Numbered from the stretch's first letter, positions 20,259 to 31,406 are shown. The stretch: DNA of 64,000 nt from Anaerolineae bacterium (GCA_034437735.1 DAOTTS010000102.1:16333-80332), one strand, 5' to 3'. The notes: generated by a model not told the origin, from the letters alone. Program-made: numbers and translations.

Positions 20259-20294
20259 ATGCGCATCCCTCCCATTGCCTCAATCCGCCCAGAT

Positions 20295-21509
20295 TCAAGG
20301 GTGCTGCCCATTCAGGAGTCTGGCCGGGCCATCCGAACGACAAAAGTGTACGCTGTACTGCCCCTCAATATCCGGATGCGCCTTAGGATAACGTTCAGCG
20401 ACAAAGGTCTTGATTTCGTCCCGGAACTCCGGGTGACTCAACCCGATACACGACCCTCGAAAGCCCCCACCACTGAAGCGTGCCCCGTAGACCCAGGGAC
20501 ATTCACTCAGAATCTCATACAACGTCGTCAGTTGCGGACATCCCGATTCATAATTATGCACCGAACTCGCACCAGACGCCCGCATCAACTCGCCGACGAC
20601 GTTGATCTTTCCCTCACGCCAGGCATTAACGCCCTGCCGAACCCGATCAATCTCGGTGAAAAAATGACGGGCGCGACGGTCCAGGGGAGCGGCAAGGCGG
20701 TCCTTGTAGACCTTATAGATCTCCGGATCGACCATCCGCAAACGGGGATCCTCAGGTATGGACTCCCCCGCCAGCGTCAGCAGCCGGCGCGCTGCCGCCT
20801 GACACTCCACCACACGGTTATTATAGTCCGTACCGGTGAGGCTCTGCGAGACGCCTGAGTAGACCACCAAGATCTCAAAAGGACTTTCAGACCGCGACGC
20901 AGGCACCTTTTCGACGTCCATGGTTTGGCAATCGAGATAGGTCAGACAGTTTTCTTCACTCAACAGGATCATCGACTGATCCAACACCCCATTACGAAGT
21001 CCAAGATAGACATTCTCAATGAAGCGATCCAACTCAATATTCTGTTCTGGGGGCAGGTCGAGATCGTTCGCGGCCTCCAGGGCGAGCAAATACGCGATCC
21101 CCACCGCAGCAGACGAACTCAATCCGCCGATAGGCATCGATCCCACAACAACGGCCGTGATCCCCTGAGACAGATCGTACGCCTCGGTCAGCGCCATCGC
21201 AGCCCCCCGGGCGTAGTTACCCCAATCCCTGGGGACCTTAGGCGGAATTTCATCGAGCTGAAAATCCACCCGGCCCGGAAAGTTTAGGCTCTCGACGACG
21301 ACGCGGCGATCCTCCCGAGGCACAAAAGCCAGAAAGATCGCGCGATCGAGGGTCATCCCGGTGACCAGACCATCCTGATGGTCCACGTGAGCGCCCAATG
21401 GGGAGATACGCAGAGGCGCCCGCACAACCCGAATATCGCCGTACGAACACCCTGCTAAACCACAAAGACGCGCCTTCAATCTATCAATCTGAGTCATAAG
21501 GTTCATCAT
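20295..21509 (-). CDS. GHMP sugar kinase resembling plant galacturonokinase (GalAK)
   Basis: APLRISPLGAHVDHQ in place of the GalK GRVNLIGEHxDY motif; GLSSSAAVG; NGVLDQ; YGARFSGGGFRG. Confidence 0.8.
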   Translation of the reverse strand: MMNLMTQIDRLKARLCGLAGCSYGDIRVVRAPLRISPLGAHVDHQDGLVTGMTLDRAIFLAFVPREDRRVVVESLNFPGRVDFQLDEIPPKVPRDWGNYARGAAMALTEAYDLSQGITAVVVGSMPIGGLSSSAAVGIAYLLALEAANDLDLPPEQNIELDRFIENVYLGLRNGVLDQSMILLSEENCLTYLDCQTMDVEKVPASRSESPFEILVVYSGVSQSLTGTDYNNRVVECQAAARRLLTLAGESIPEDPRLRMVDPEIYKVYKDRLAAPLDRRARHFFTEIDRVRQGVNAWREGKINVVGELMRASGASSVHNYESGCPQLTTLYEILSECPWVYGARFSGGGFRGSCIGLSHPEFRDEIKTFVAERYPKAHPDIEGQYSVHFCRSDGPARLLNGQHP

Positions 21510-21567
21510 CTATCCATCCCACAAATCAGCCAATACGCTTATGTGTTTCGAGGTTTTCGGTGCGAAG

Positions 21568-22170
21568 TCAGCGACGTTGGCGATAGAGCGATGGATCCAC
21601 CACCGCGCCCATCGCTTGAAGATCCATAGGCCGATCCAAAAACGCTTGAATCTCATCCAGTTGCGCCTCAGGGGCGGAAAGCATCACATTGTAATCCACA
21701 TCGAGAAACCGGACATTGTCCTGTTTTCGCATCCACTCGTAGACCTGGGCAAGGTGCTTCTCAAAGAGTCGCGCCATTTCCCGGTCATCGGCCGTATCCG
21801 GATCCTCGCAGCGCCGCACCAGCATGCGGCGCTGCGAGGCCAGAATCTCATCCATCTTGCGACGCATCATAAAAACGCGGTACTCATAAGTGTCCGGAAG
21901 GTGCAGGAGCAGGGCGGCAATCACCTTCACAACCTTGCCCCGGGCATCCTCCAACCACGCCGTATCGCCCTCAGGCAACTTCTTGACCCGTTCAAATTCA
22001 TAGTAGCCCCTGGGGTTATCCGCGTTCGGTTCCCGGATGCCGTCGGTCACAACCTCAAGACCGCCGACATCCAGCATCCGCATCATCATCGAGGTCCCAG
22101 ATCTCGGCAAGCCCGAGACCGCAATCACAGGTTCCGATCGACCCCCAAACCATTTCTTGAAAAGACGCAC
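21568..22170 (-). CDS. PAPS-dependent sulfotransferase family protein
   Basis: VSGLPRSGTSMMMRML (5'-phosphosulfate-binding loop) and MRRKMDEILASQ; directly downstream of sat-cysC. Confidence 0.85.
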   Translation of the reverse strand: MRLFKKWFGGRSEPVIAVSGLPRSGTSMMMRMLDVGGLEVVTDGIREPNADNPRGYYEFERVKKLPEGDTAWLEDARGKVVKVIAALLLHLPDTYEYRVFMMRRKMDEILASQRRMLVRRCEDPDTADDREMARLFEKHLAQVYEWMRKQDNVRFLDVDYNVMLSAPEAQLDEIQAFLDRPMDLQAMGAVVDPSLYRQRR

Positions 22171-22179
22171 GTCCCCTCC

Positions 22180-23913
<1,734 letters not shown>

Positions 23914-23969
23914 TCAATCCTCCATACAGCCTAATGCTTATGTTAATGAACAAATAATACTTTGATTCT

Positions 23970-25400
23970 TCAATCACCAACCGCCACTTCGGCGCCGTAA
24001 GCCAAGAGCGCTTCCACTTCTTTCTCGTTGTGACCTTCCGCATAGACACGCAACACGGGCTCCGTGCCCGAGAGGCGGATCAGCAACCACGCATCATCCG
24101 CCAGCAGATACTTGACCCCATCAATGACCTGAACCTCCACCACTGACTGCCCAGCAAGGTTCGCGGGGGCCATCTCCTGAAGCCGGGTCACCATTTGAGG
24201 TTTCGAGACCGGTCGACCCAGCGGCAGATCCTGCCGGGTGTAATGGGTGGGCCCATACGTCTCCTGAATGTCGCGGATCAAGACGTGGAGAGGTTCACCG
24301 GCATCAGCCATAATCTCCAACAAGAGGAGGCCCATCAGAATGCCATCCCCCTCGGGGATGTGGCCCCGGATCGATATCCCCCCGGACTCCTCCCCCCCGA
24401 TCAAAACATCCCCTTCCAATATGTGTTTGGCGATGTGGTTAAATCCGACCGGGGTCTCGTAGAGGGGTAAATCATAACGTTTGGCCAGGCGATCCACCAT
24501 CCGGGTTGTCGACACGGTCTTAATCACGGCACCCCGCGCGCCCCGAACCTCAACGAGATAACGCAAGACCAGCGTGAAGATATGATGGGGATCCACATAA
24601 TGTCCCTGGGCATCCATCGCCCCAATCCGGTCAGCATCACCGTCCAGGGCCAAGCCGATGTGCGCGTGATGCGCCTGAAGTGCTGCAACTAGTGCCTGTA
24701 AATTATGCTCCGCAGGCTCAGGATGGATACCGCCAAAGCCGGGGTTCATCTCCCCCCGGATCTCATAGAGCGAGCACCGCGTACGGCTTAGCAAGTCGCG
24801 AAAGGCCCCGCGACCCGACCCATACATCGCATCGGCGACGACCCGCAACTCCCCGGTCGACACAGCATCGAGGTCAACCAACGTCGAGAGGTGCTGATAG
24901 TAAGCCCAGGCGGGATCGAACCGGCGGATCAAACCGGCATCCGTCGCCTCGTCGAAAGCCATCAAGTTAGGCCCTCGTGAATCCCGCTGATTGCGGGTCA
25001 ACAACGCCTCAATCTGTTGGGCCTGCTCCGGAAGCACCGATCCCCCGAACGCAGCCTTAAGCTTCAAGCCATTGTACCGGGGGGGGTTGTGGCTCGCGGT
25101 GATCATTACCCCGGCATGCGCCTGTTTCTCGACAATGGCGTAGGAGACAGCAGGGGTAGGTGCATCAGCGCGGGTCAGATGCGCGACGACCCCGTTCCCC
25201 GCCATGACCCGCGCAACCTCCCTCGCATAACGATCGGAAAGAAAACGGGTATCGAACCCGACGACAACCTCCGGTTCTTCTCCATAACATAACTCACGCA
25301 CGTAATCGGCAACCGCCTGCGCGACCACCCGCAAGTTCTCGAAGGTAAACATATCACTGATGACGGCCCGCCATCCATCCGTTCCGAATCTGATCGTCAC
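23970..25400 (-). CDS. Phosphoglucomutase/phosphomannomutase family
   Basis: FGTDGWR, TASHNP (phospho-Ser), DGDADR, GGEESGG, RLSGTEP. Confidence 0.93.
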   Translation of the reverse strand: MTIRFGTDGWRAVISDMFTFENLRVVAQAVADYVRELCYGEEPEVVVGFDTRFLSDRYAREVARVMAGNGVVAHLTRADAPTPAVSYAIVEKQAHAGVMITASHNPPRYNGLKLKAAFGGSVLPEQAQQIEALLTRNQRDSRGPNLMAFDEATDAGLIRRFDPAWAYYQHLSTLVDLDAVSTGELRVVADAMYGSGRGAFRDLLSRTRCSLYEIRGEMNPGFGGIHPEPAEHNLQALVAALQAHHAHIGLALDGDADRIGAMDAQGHYVDPHHIFTLVLRYLVEVRGARGAVIKTVSTTRMVDRLAKRYDLPLYETPVGFNHIAKHILEGDVLIGGEESGGISIRGHIPEGDGILMGLLLLEIMADAGEPLHVLIRDIQETYGPTHYTRQDLPLGRPVSKPQMVTRLQEMAPANLAGQSVVEVQVIDGVKYLLADDAWLLIRLSGTEPVLRVYAEGHNEKEVEALLAYGAEVAVGD

Positions 25401-25458
25401 CGATCCATCTCTCCTCCGAACCCGCGCTCAATCATCCTATTTCGACCCCGTGTCACAT

Positions 25459-25498
25459 AAAAAGAAGCCCATGCCCAAGTCTGCTGCGGAGCATAGGC
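25459..25498 (-). terminator. Intrinsic terminator or attenuator upstream of the PGM gene
   Basis: Minus strand GCCTATGC...GCATGGGC stem followed by TTCTTTTT. Confidence 0.6.
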
Positions 25499-25517
25499 CT
25501 CAATGACCTTTGAAATG

Positions 25518-25545
25518 ATCATAAACCGTTCTGTCTAATTGTCAA
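25518..25545 (-). promoter_or_regulatory. Sigma70 promoter candidate for the PGM-sat operon
   Basis: Minus strand TTGACA (25545-25540), 16-nt spacer, TATGAT (25523-25518). Confidence 0.55.
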
Positions 25546-25581
25546 CCTTTCGCCTGCATTCTCGTCCCATGTCTGGCGAAA

Positions 25582-25606
25582 CCGGAGATTGCAAATCTCC
25601 TCGGAG
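25582..25606 (-). repeat. Solitary copy of the REP-like palindrome that forms the array at 61.9 kb
   Basis: CCGGAGATTGCAAATCTCCT (25582-25601) is the exact reverse complement of the array's AGGAGATTTGCAATCTCCGG and is followed by the array flank CGGAG. Confidence 0.85.
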
Positions 25607-25652
25607 CGAGCAGGATCGAAATGTGCACTTTAATAAAGGCAGGCTCCCCTTC

Positions 25653-26288
25653 CTACTCGTGGGCGTCCAGCGCCTTGCGCAGCCGGACCATCTGGAGATT
25701 GCTGGTCAGGTCGCCCCGGGTCCGCTCCAGAACCCCACGAAGGCGATCCACCCGGCGCCGCAGCCCCCGGGTGATGGCATCCGGGAAACTGAACGACATC
25801 AGCACTTCGTACGCCGCATCCATGGCCTCCAGAAGATGCTCGGCCTCCTCAAAGGACTCCTGGCGAAGCAGATCCAGGCAACGGCGCCGCAACTCACTGG
25901 CTGCCTCACACACACCGTTGAGATAGGTGTTCAAGGGAATGTCCACGTCCTCAACCGGTGGGAGCGGACGGTCGGAGATCAATGCCAGCGTGACGCGAGC
26001 CTCCGCCAACTCCTTGAGCGCATCCTGCGTATAGCCCGCGTAGTAGAGCTCCGGATACGCCTCGGTCAACGTCGCCATCTCATGCCCCAGGGCCTCGGCA
26101 TTGGTCAACAGCGAGACGGCCTCCTCCCATTCGTCGCGGTGCCCGGCTCGAATCGCACTCGAACAGAGCCGGATGAGCTCCCGACTCTTACGGAGCACTC
26201 GATCCCGAACATCGTTCTGCGCTGCCATATCGGCCTGCGCGAGATCCGCCAAATGGTCCAACCACTGCTGCAGATGACTGATATCCAT
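25653..26288 (-). CDS. Translin/TRAX (C3PO-like) family protein, prokaryotic type
   Basis: RDRVLRKSRELIRLCSSAIRAGH, ALKELAEA (ExxE), YLNGVCEAASELRR and LRRRVD..RGVLERTR match the translin helical pattern as recalled. Confidence 0.8.
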   Translation of the reverse strand: MDISHLQQWLDHLADLAQADMAAQNDVRDRVLRKSRELIRLCSSAIRAGHRDEWEEAVSLLTNAEALGHEMATLTEAYPELYYAGYTQDALKELAEARVTLALISDRPLPPVEDVDIPLNTYLNGVCEAASELRRRCLDLLRQESFEEAEHLLEAMDAAYEVLMSFSFPDAITRGLRRRVDRLRGVLERTRGDLTSNLQMVRLRKALDAHE

Positions 26289-26297
26289 CGCGATTCT

Positions 26298-26627
26298 TCA
26301 CTCCGTTTCCGGTGGTTTGACGTGTCCAAAAAAAGCCTGGGCCAACCCTTCGGCCTCCCCAGGCATAGGAATTTCACCAAACGACGACTCATATTTGGCC
26401 AAGTTATCCTGAAGGGCCCGCAAAAGCAACTTTGCATTGAGCGGCGTCATCACAACACGGGACTTCACATGGGCACTCGGCTGATTCGGCAGGACTTGGG
26501 CCAGGTCAATGACCAGCTCCGAGGCCGTGTGGGAGATCAAGGCAAAATTCGCATAGACTGGCTCCAGATCTCTCGGCATTTCGACATTCAACGATTGCGG
26601 TTTCTTAGGCTTCCCGCCACTCATCAT
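26298..26627 (-). CDS. DUF3467-like small protein
   Basis: PVYANFALISHTASELVIDLAQ...SRVVMTP..AK.LL.AL..NL.KYE..FGEI. Confidence 0.8.
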   Translation of the reverse strand: MMSGGKPKKPQSLNVEMPRDLEPVYANFALISHTASELVIDLAQVLPNQPSAHVKSRVVMTPLNAKLLLRALQDNLAKYESSFGEIPMPGEAEGLAQAFFGHVKPPETE

Positions 26628-26662
26628 TCCTCCCCATTGCACCTAACGACGCTCAATAAGAA

Positions 26663-26686
26663 ATAAGGGGGGAAATCCCCCCTTAT
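26663..26686 (-). terminator. Terminator downstream of ssb
   Basis: Perfect 11-bp inverted repeat ATAAGGGGGGA / TCCCCCCTTAT, with a T-rich tail on the minus strand. Confidence 0.75.
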
Positions 26687-26756
26687 GAACTAACCAGCCC
26701 GATCCTGCACGGTTCGGCTCAAGCAAATCTAACCCAAGGGTGAGATTGCGCGGCAC

Positions 26757-27191
26757 TCAGAATGGAATACCCTCTTCATCCTCAACGCCGTAGTCCGGCC
26801 CACCACCCGCCTGCCCCTGAGCGCCACCCGATGGTTGATCGGTCCGCCCCTGCAGGAAAATAATGCGGAACGCGTTAATCTCAAAACTTGCTCCCCACGA
26901 GCCGTCATTGCGTTGATAGACTTTAGGCCCTCCGGTCTCAGGGTCGACTCGGAGCCGTCCCTCGACCATAACCTGACGCCCTTTACTCAAGTATTGAGCG
27001 GCAGTCTCAGCCTGTCGACGCCAAGCCGACACCCTGAACCACGTTGTCTCTTCCCGCTGTGATCCATCCGAACCCGTCCAACGCCGATTGGTCGCCACGC
27101 TGAATGACGTGACCGGTGTACCATCCCCCGTGTACCGCATCTCGGGGTCGCGACCCAGATTGCCTACGATGATAATCTTTTGATAGGACAT
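26757..27191 (-). CDS. ssb: Single-stranded DNA-binding protein
   Basis: IIVGNLGRDPEMRY, FSVATNRRW, KGRQVMVEGRL and acidic C-terminal EEGIPF. Confidence 0.96.
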   Translation of the reverse strand: MSYQKIIIVGNLGRDPEMRYTGDGTPVTSFSVATNRRWTGSDGSQREETTWFRVSAWRRQAETAAQYLSKGRQVMVEGRLRVDPETGGPKVYQRNDGSWGASFEINAFRIIFLQGRTDQPSGGAQGQAGGGPDYGVEDEEGIPF

Positions 27192-27315
27192 TGCGCGCCT
27201 CCTTTCTGAAAATGTAGAATAACACTCCGCTGCGCAAAGCTACGTGCATTGTACTCGACTAATCACGAAGCGCAAACCGATACGCACGGGGACTCAAACC
27301 TTGTTTAACTGAGAC

Positions 27316-29286
27316 TCAACGCTCGATAATCCCCGCCTCCACAAGCGCATCGCTGATGCGCTCAGGTGCATCGACCTGCACCGCGATCCACGCCACACCG
27401 GGATAGTGGGTCTCAAAGAAGGCCGCCAGATCCCCATCCCACCGCGCGGGGTTGATCGCAATCACCCGCCGCACTTTAAGATCGCCGATACCGGCATCGT
27501 CCACACTCCCCCCAACCGTAAACCGGTATCGCTGCCACGTCGCCTTCACCACAGCCTCGGCCCAGGCAACATCCGCATCCGGGGGGAGGAGGACATACGT
27601 ACGCGCATAGGGCTCGCGCGGCAATCCAAAAGGCCACGTCAACTCACCCGCGCGGCTCTCGGGAAACGGGGTGACGTCCGCCAACCGTTCGCTCAACAAC
27701 TCAGGACGGTCGATCTCCAAGGGTATATAGAGAGTCCCGGGATAGTGGGTCTCGAAAAACGCCGAGAGGTCGCCCGACCAGCCCTGGGGGTTGACGGCAA
27801 TCACCCGACGGAAATCCAAGGCCCCAATGCCGGCATCATCCGCACTGCCACCTATCGTCAACCGATGGGCATCCCAACTACCGCGCACGGCTGCAACCGC
27901 CCAGTCGGTGTTCAATTCGGGGGATAACAGCACATAGGTCCGCGCATACGATTCTCGCGGGGAGCCTCGCGGGGGCGCCACCAGATACGGTCGCGGGTTG
28001 AGCCAATCGAAGATGGCACGCATATGCACACCCGACACCCGCATCCCTAAATGAAGGTGCGGCCCGGTACTAAACCCTGTCGAACCCGCCCATCCCAACA
28101 GATCCCCCCGGGAGACCAAGCCTCCCACTTCGACCTCAATATCCGAAAGGTGAGCGTAGAGCAAGGTGATCTCCTCACCATCCGGACCATAGCTACGCAC
28201 CCGGAGATGCCGTCCGTACCCATCGCGATCCATTGCGACCTGGCTGACCGTCCCCGGAAGCGCCGCAAAAATGGGGGAGGTCTCAGGGGCCTCGAGATCC
28301 ACCCGCAGGTCGACGCCGTTATGCCCCCCTGTCATCCGGCAGCAATTATAGTAAACGCGTTGATTCTCTCCGAACCGCTGAGTATAGCGCCGGCACTGCG
28401 TAGGCCAGAGCATCCACATCTGACGAGGGTGCGGCAATGTGGGACGTTTCGCGACCTTGTCCACCAACGGCTTGGGGCGACCCTCGGGATCGAGCCAAGC
28501 CAAGGGTGCGTAATGCGGATCGTTGGAACGTAAAATCAAACTACAGACCGCAGTGATGCGATCGTACTGGGCCATCAGCGAGAAAAACTCCGCATACTGC
28601 GCGCCCCGAGCCTCAGAGGAAACCTGAGGGCTCACGTTAGCAAATTCAGTAATCGCAAACGTCTGATCCTTAAAGGGCTCCAGATAGATGCGTAGGAACC
28701 GCATGACCTCTTCGAACCCCCGCATCTCCTCAACCGTCCGCCAATAGAGGTGAAGAGCAGCCCAATCCGCAGCCCGCAAGGCATCCTGACAATCCTCGAG
28801 GAAGATGGTCTCATCGATGGGGGCAGAGGGAACCGGGCGCGCGAGGGCCGAGGGAGCAAGCGCCGGAAAGCCAACGCTCACCGCTTCCCCAAAGCGCGCC
28901 CTCAGCAATCGCTGCACTTCTAGGAACCAGTCCGCAAACGCTTTCCCATCCTGCCAAGACGTCCCGGCGCCGCGATCAGTCCGATTCGGCTCATCGTGAA
29001 CCTCCAGGCGCCCAACGTCTTGATGTAGAAAAGCATGAATGTCTTCCAAAAAATAGTCCACAAATGACAAGGGATCGACGGCCTCAGTCGACGATTGGGG
29101 CATCAACAATTGGAGAATAAACGCCCGGGCGCCAGCACCTCGCCACTTCGGAACATCGTCGCTGGAATTTACCCGGGCGCGGAGACGCACAAGCTGCAAC
29201 TTCGCAAGGTTAAACGCAGCAAGATCGGACTCCCATGCCGGCCCAACCGGCGCTTGAACGCCGGCCTTTGCGTAGGGAGCGCTCAC
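27316..29286 (-). CDS. Multidomain M23 metallopeptidase with a duplicated C-terminal module
   Basis: GHNGVDL (HxxxD), YAHL, GPHLHLG (HxH); two copies of a PRE.YARTYVLL...W...R.T.GGS.DDAGIG.L..RRVIA.NP..W.GDL.AFFETHYPG module. GTG start overlaps the amidase stop. Confidence 0.82.
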   Translation of the reverse strand: MSAPYAKAGVQAPVGPAWESDLAAFNLAKLQLVRLRARVNSSDDVPKWRGAGARAFILQLLMPQSSTEAVDPLSFVDYFLEDIHAFLHQDVGRLEVHDEPNRTDRGAGTSWQDGKAFADWFLEVQRLLRARFGEAVSVGFPALAPSALARPVPSAPIDETIFLEDCQDALRAADWAALHLYWRTVEEMRGFEEVMRFLRIYLEPFKDQTFAITEFANVSPQVSSEARGAQYAEFFSLMAQYDRITAVCSLILRSNDPHYAPLAWLDPEGRPKPLVDKVAKRPTLPHPRQMWMLWPTQCRRYTQRFGENQRVYYNCCRMTGGHNGVDLRVDLEAPETSPIFAALPGTVSQVAMDRDGYGRHLRVRSYGPDGEEITLLYAHLSDIEVEVGGLVSRGDLLGWAGSTGFSTGPHLHLGMRVSGVHMRAIFDWLNPRPYLVAPPRGSPRESYARTYVLLSPELNTDWAVAAVRGSWDAHRLTIGGSADDAGIGALDFRRVIAVNPQGWSGDLSAFFETHYPGTLYIPLEIDRPELLSERLADVTPFPESRAGELTWPFGLPREPYARTYVLLPPDADVAWAEAVVKATWQRYRFTVGGSVDDAGIGDLKVRRVIAINPARWDGDLAAFFETHYPGVAWIAVQVDAPERISDALVEAGIIER

Positions 29287-30053
29287 GGAGAGGACCCTTC
29301 CCCCTCAACGAAACAGATCAAGCCATTTACAATGCCTTCCACCACCAGGTCCGATCGGTCGGTGAGCAGCTCTCGATCCTCAAGCATAAAGCCGGCCTCG
29401 AGAATTGCGGCCGGCGTACTCGGGTCAATCTCATAATAGGCATGATACCGGGTCATATCATACGTGATGGTATAGCGATCAAAAGCCAAACCCGTCGCCT
29501 CATGATAATGTTTGCTGACACAATCAACGAGCTTATCCTCAGGTCCGGGAATATAGCTTGATTCGGCCCGCGCGATTTTAAAGCCAGAACGGCCCGGAAT
29601 ATTGCAGGAATCAGCGTGAACGGCTAAGAGGGCGTCTGCGCTGTATCCGTTGAGTTTCGCGTCAAACTCCTCCAGCAACTCCACCTGCCAACCCAGGTCC
29701 TTTAACCGTTCGACCACCTGGGTCGCGATATTCCGGTTGACGTCAACCTCCTGCAGGCCGTCCGGACATATGGCTCCGGAGTCGCTGCCCATATGCCCCG
29801 CGATGATACCGACGTGATTGACGTCAGGGGTGGAAGTCGCTATCTGAGGCGTCGGAGTAGGCACAGGGGTGTTCAGCAGAACGGTAATCGGGCCTTGATC
29901 TGTCTCCTCTTCCTCCTGCGCGATGGTATCCGACACAGAGATGATGGGAAACCCCAGGGGGACCGCAAAGGCCGCGACAAACGCGATGAAGATCAAGCCA
30001 CGAATCGTCCAGGCAATGGCCCAAGGATCGGGTTCGGGTGTCTTTTTTATCAT
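29283..30053 (-). CDS. Membrane-anchored N-acetylmuramoyl-L-alanine amidase (Amidase_3)
   Basis: N-terminal TM plus Pro/Thr linker; Zn and catalytic motifs IAGH, QEVDVN, VHAD, ILEAGF. Confidence 0.85.
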   Translation of the reverse strand: MIKKTPEPDPWAIAWTIRGLIFIAFVAAFAVPLGFPIISVSDTIAQEEEETDQGPITVLLNTPVPTPTPQIATSTPDVNHVGIIAGHMGSDSGAICPDGLQEVDVNRNIATQVVERLKDLGWQVELLEEFDAKLNGYSADALLAVHADSCNIPGRSGFKIARAESSYIPGPEDKLVDCVSKHYHEATGLAFDRYTITYDMTRYHAYYEIDPSTPAAILEAGFMLEDRELLTDRSDLVVEGIVNGLICFVEGEGSSP

Positions 30054-30140
30054 AGCTATCCAATCATAGCTAACGCACAGTCCAGAAGTGTAAAACCTTT
30101 ACAGATCAGAGTCTGTAAAAGCGTAACGTCCCGCGCCGAC

Positions 30141-30159
30141 GCCCCCGGGACGGGGGCTG
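30141..30159. repeat. Short intergenic palindrome, 18/19 identical to 47754-47772
   Basis: GCCCCCGGGACGGGGGCTG. Confidence 0.7.
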
Positions 30160-30197
30160 AAAGCGTTAGAGTAGGGAGGTTATGTCCTTACGAACCC

Positions 30198-30989
30198 TCA
30201 GCGCATCCGGCGCTTCCACTGCTCCTTTACCTCAATCCGATCCCAGTCATCACCGTAAAGGAGAAAATCCTGCACAAGGCGACTGAACTTACTGGGTTCA
30301 TCCAACATAGGATAGTGTTGAGAACGATCAAAAACCACCGCATAGACGTTATAATCCAAGCTCGAAAGCCGGTCCTCATCCGGCGGATGAATGAGAGGAT
30401 CCGCGCGTCCGCCCAACAGCAAAACCGGAACTTGCAGGAACACCAAAGACCCCAAGACATCCGTATTCATTGCCGAACGGACACTCTTCGCAACCGCTTC
30501 CCCATCGGTCTTACCCGCCTCGATCTTCACCTCCTCATAGTTACGAAGCGTCCGACGTCCTAGAATCGAGCGGGCCGGCTGCCCGCCCCCGCCGTAGGAA
30601 CTGAGAGGTCGCGCAATATCATCAGGCAGAAGCGGCGCACTGATTGACATCACCTGTTCAACCCGGTCAGGATTCTCCATCGCATATTGGATGGCTACGA
30701 TTCCGCCCAAGCCATGGCCGATAATCGGCACCCGCCCAATGCCCATCTGATCCATAAAGAGTTCAATCTGACCCACGTAGCCGTGGACGGAATAGCGGCT
30801 CGCAAGCTTGTCTGAGTCCCCAAAACCCCAGAAGTCCAGGGCATAGACCCGATACGACGAGGAAAGGTCCACCATCGTCGGCACCCAATACCGCCAGGAG
30901 CCGAGCCAGTCGTGCAAGAAAAGCAGCGGCCTCCCTCGGCCTAGGGCTTCATAATGGACCAGACTGCTTTCAAGGATAATAGCACTCAT
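30198..30989 (-). CDS. Alpha/beta hydrolase fold protein lacking the catalytic Ser (probable pseudo-enzyme)
   Basis: LHDWLGSWRYW and YALDFWGFGDS; nucleophile elbow reads GHGLGG instead of GxSxGG; His kept in QHYPMLDEP. Confidence 0.85.
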   Translation of the reverse strand: MSAIILESSLVHYEALGRGRPLLFLHDWLGSWRYWVPTMVDLSSSYRVYALDFWGFGDSDKLASRYSVHGYVGQIELFMDQMGIGRVPIIGHGLGGIVAIQYAMENPDRVEQVMSISAPLLPDDIARPLSSYGGGGQPARSILGRRTLRNYEEVKIEAGKTDGEAVAKSVRSAMNTDVLGSLVFLQVPVLLLGGRADPLIHPPDEDRLSSLDYNVYAVVFDRSQHYPMLDEPSKFSRLVQDFLLYGDDWDRIEVKEQWKRRMR

Positions 30990-31026
30990 CGGCTATCGTC
31001 ACTTTTCTCCAAAGATAATAGACAGC

Positions 31027-31404
31027 TCACGTTATATTCAATTCCTTCAAAATGCGATTCACCTTCTCGGTAAGATCATCCGGGGCAAAGGGCTTGAGAA
31101 TATAGTCCACAGCACCGACCTCCAACCCCTCCTGGATCTCGCTCTCCTGTCCTTTCGCCGAAAGGAAAATGACCGGGAGGTTTTTCGTCTCTTCCTTCTT
31201 CTTAAGTGCGGCGCAGGCCTGATAGCCCGTCATACGCGGCATACGCACATCCATCATAACCAAATCCGGCTTAATCTTCGAAGCTAGCTCAACCGCCTCG
31301 GCTCCATTCGCGGCCAGGGTCACATCGAAACCGGCAAACCGTAACGTAAACGCTATCAGTTCACGAATATCGCGCTCATCCTCTGCGACTAAGATTTTGA
31401 CCAT
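31027..31404 (-). CDS. Single-domain response regulator (REC)
   Basis: ILVAEDE, DLVMMDVRMP, FLSAK, YILKPF. Confidence 0.95.
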   Translation of the reverse strand: MVKILVAEDERDIRELIAFTLRFAGFDVTLAANGAEAVELASKIKPDLVMMDVRMPRMTGYQACAALKKKEETKNLPVIFLSAKGQESEIQEGLEVGAVDYILKPFAPDDLTEKVNRILKELNIT

Positions 31405-31406
31405 AA

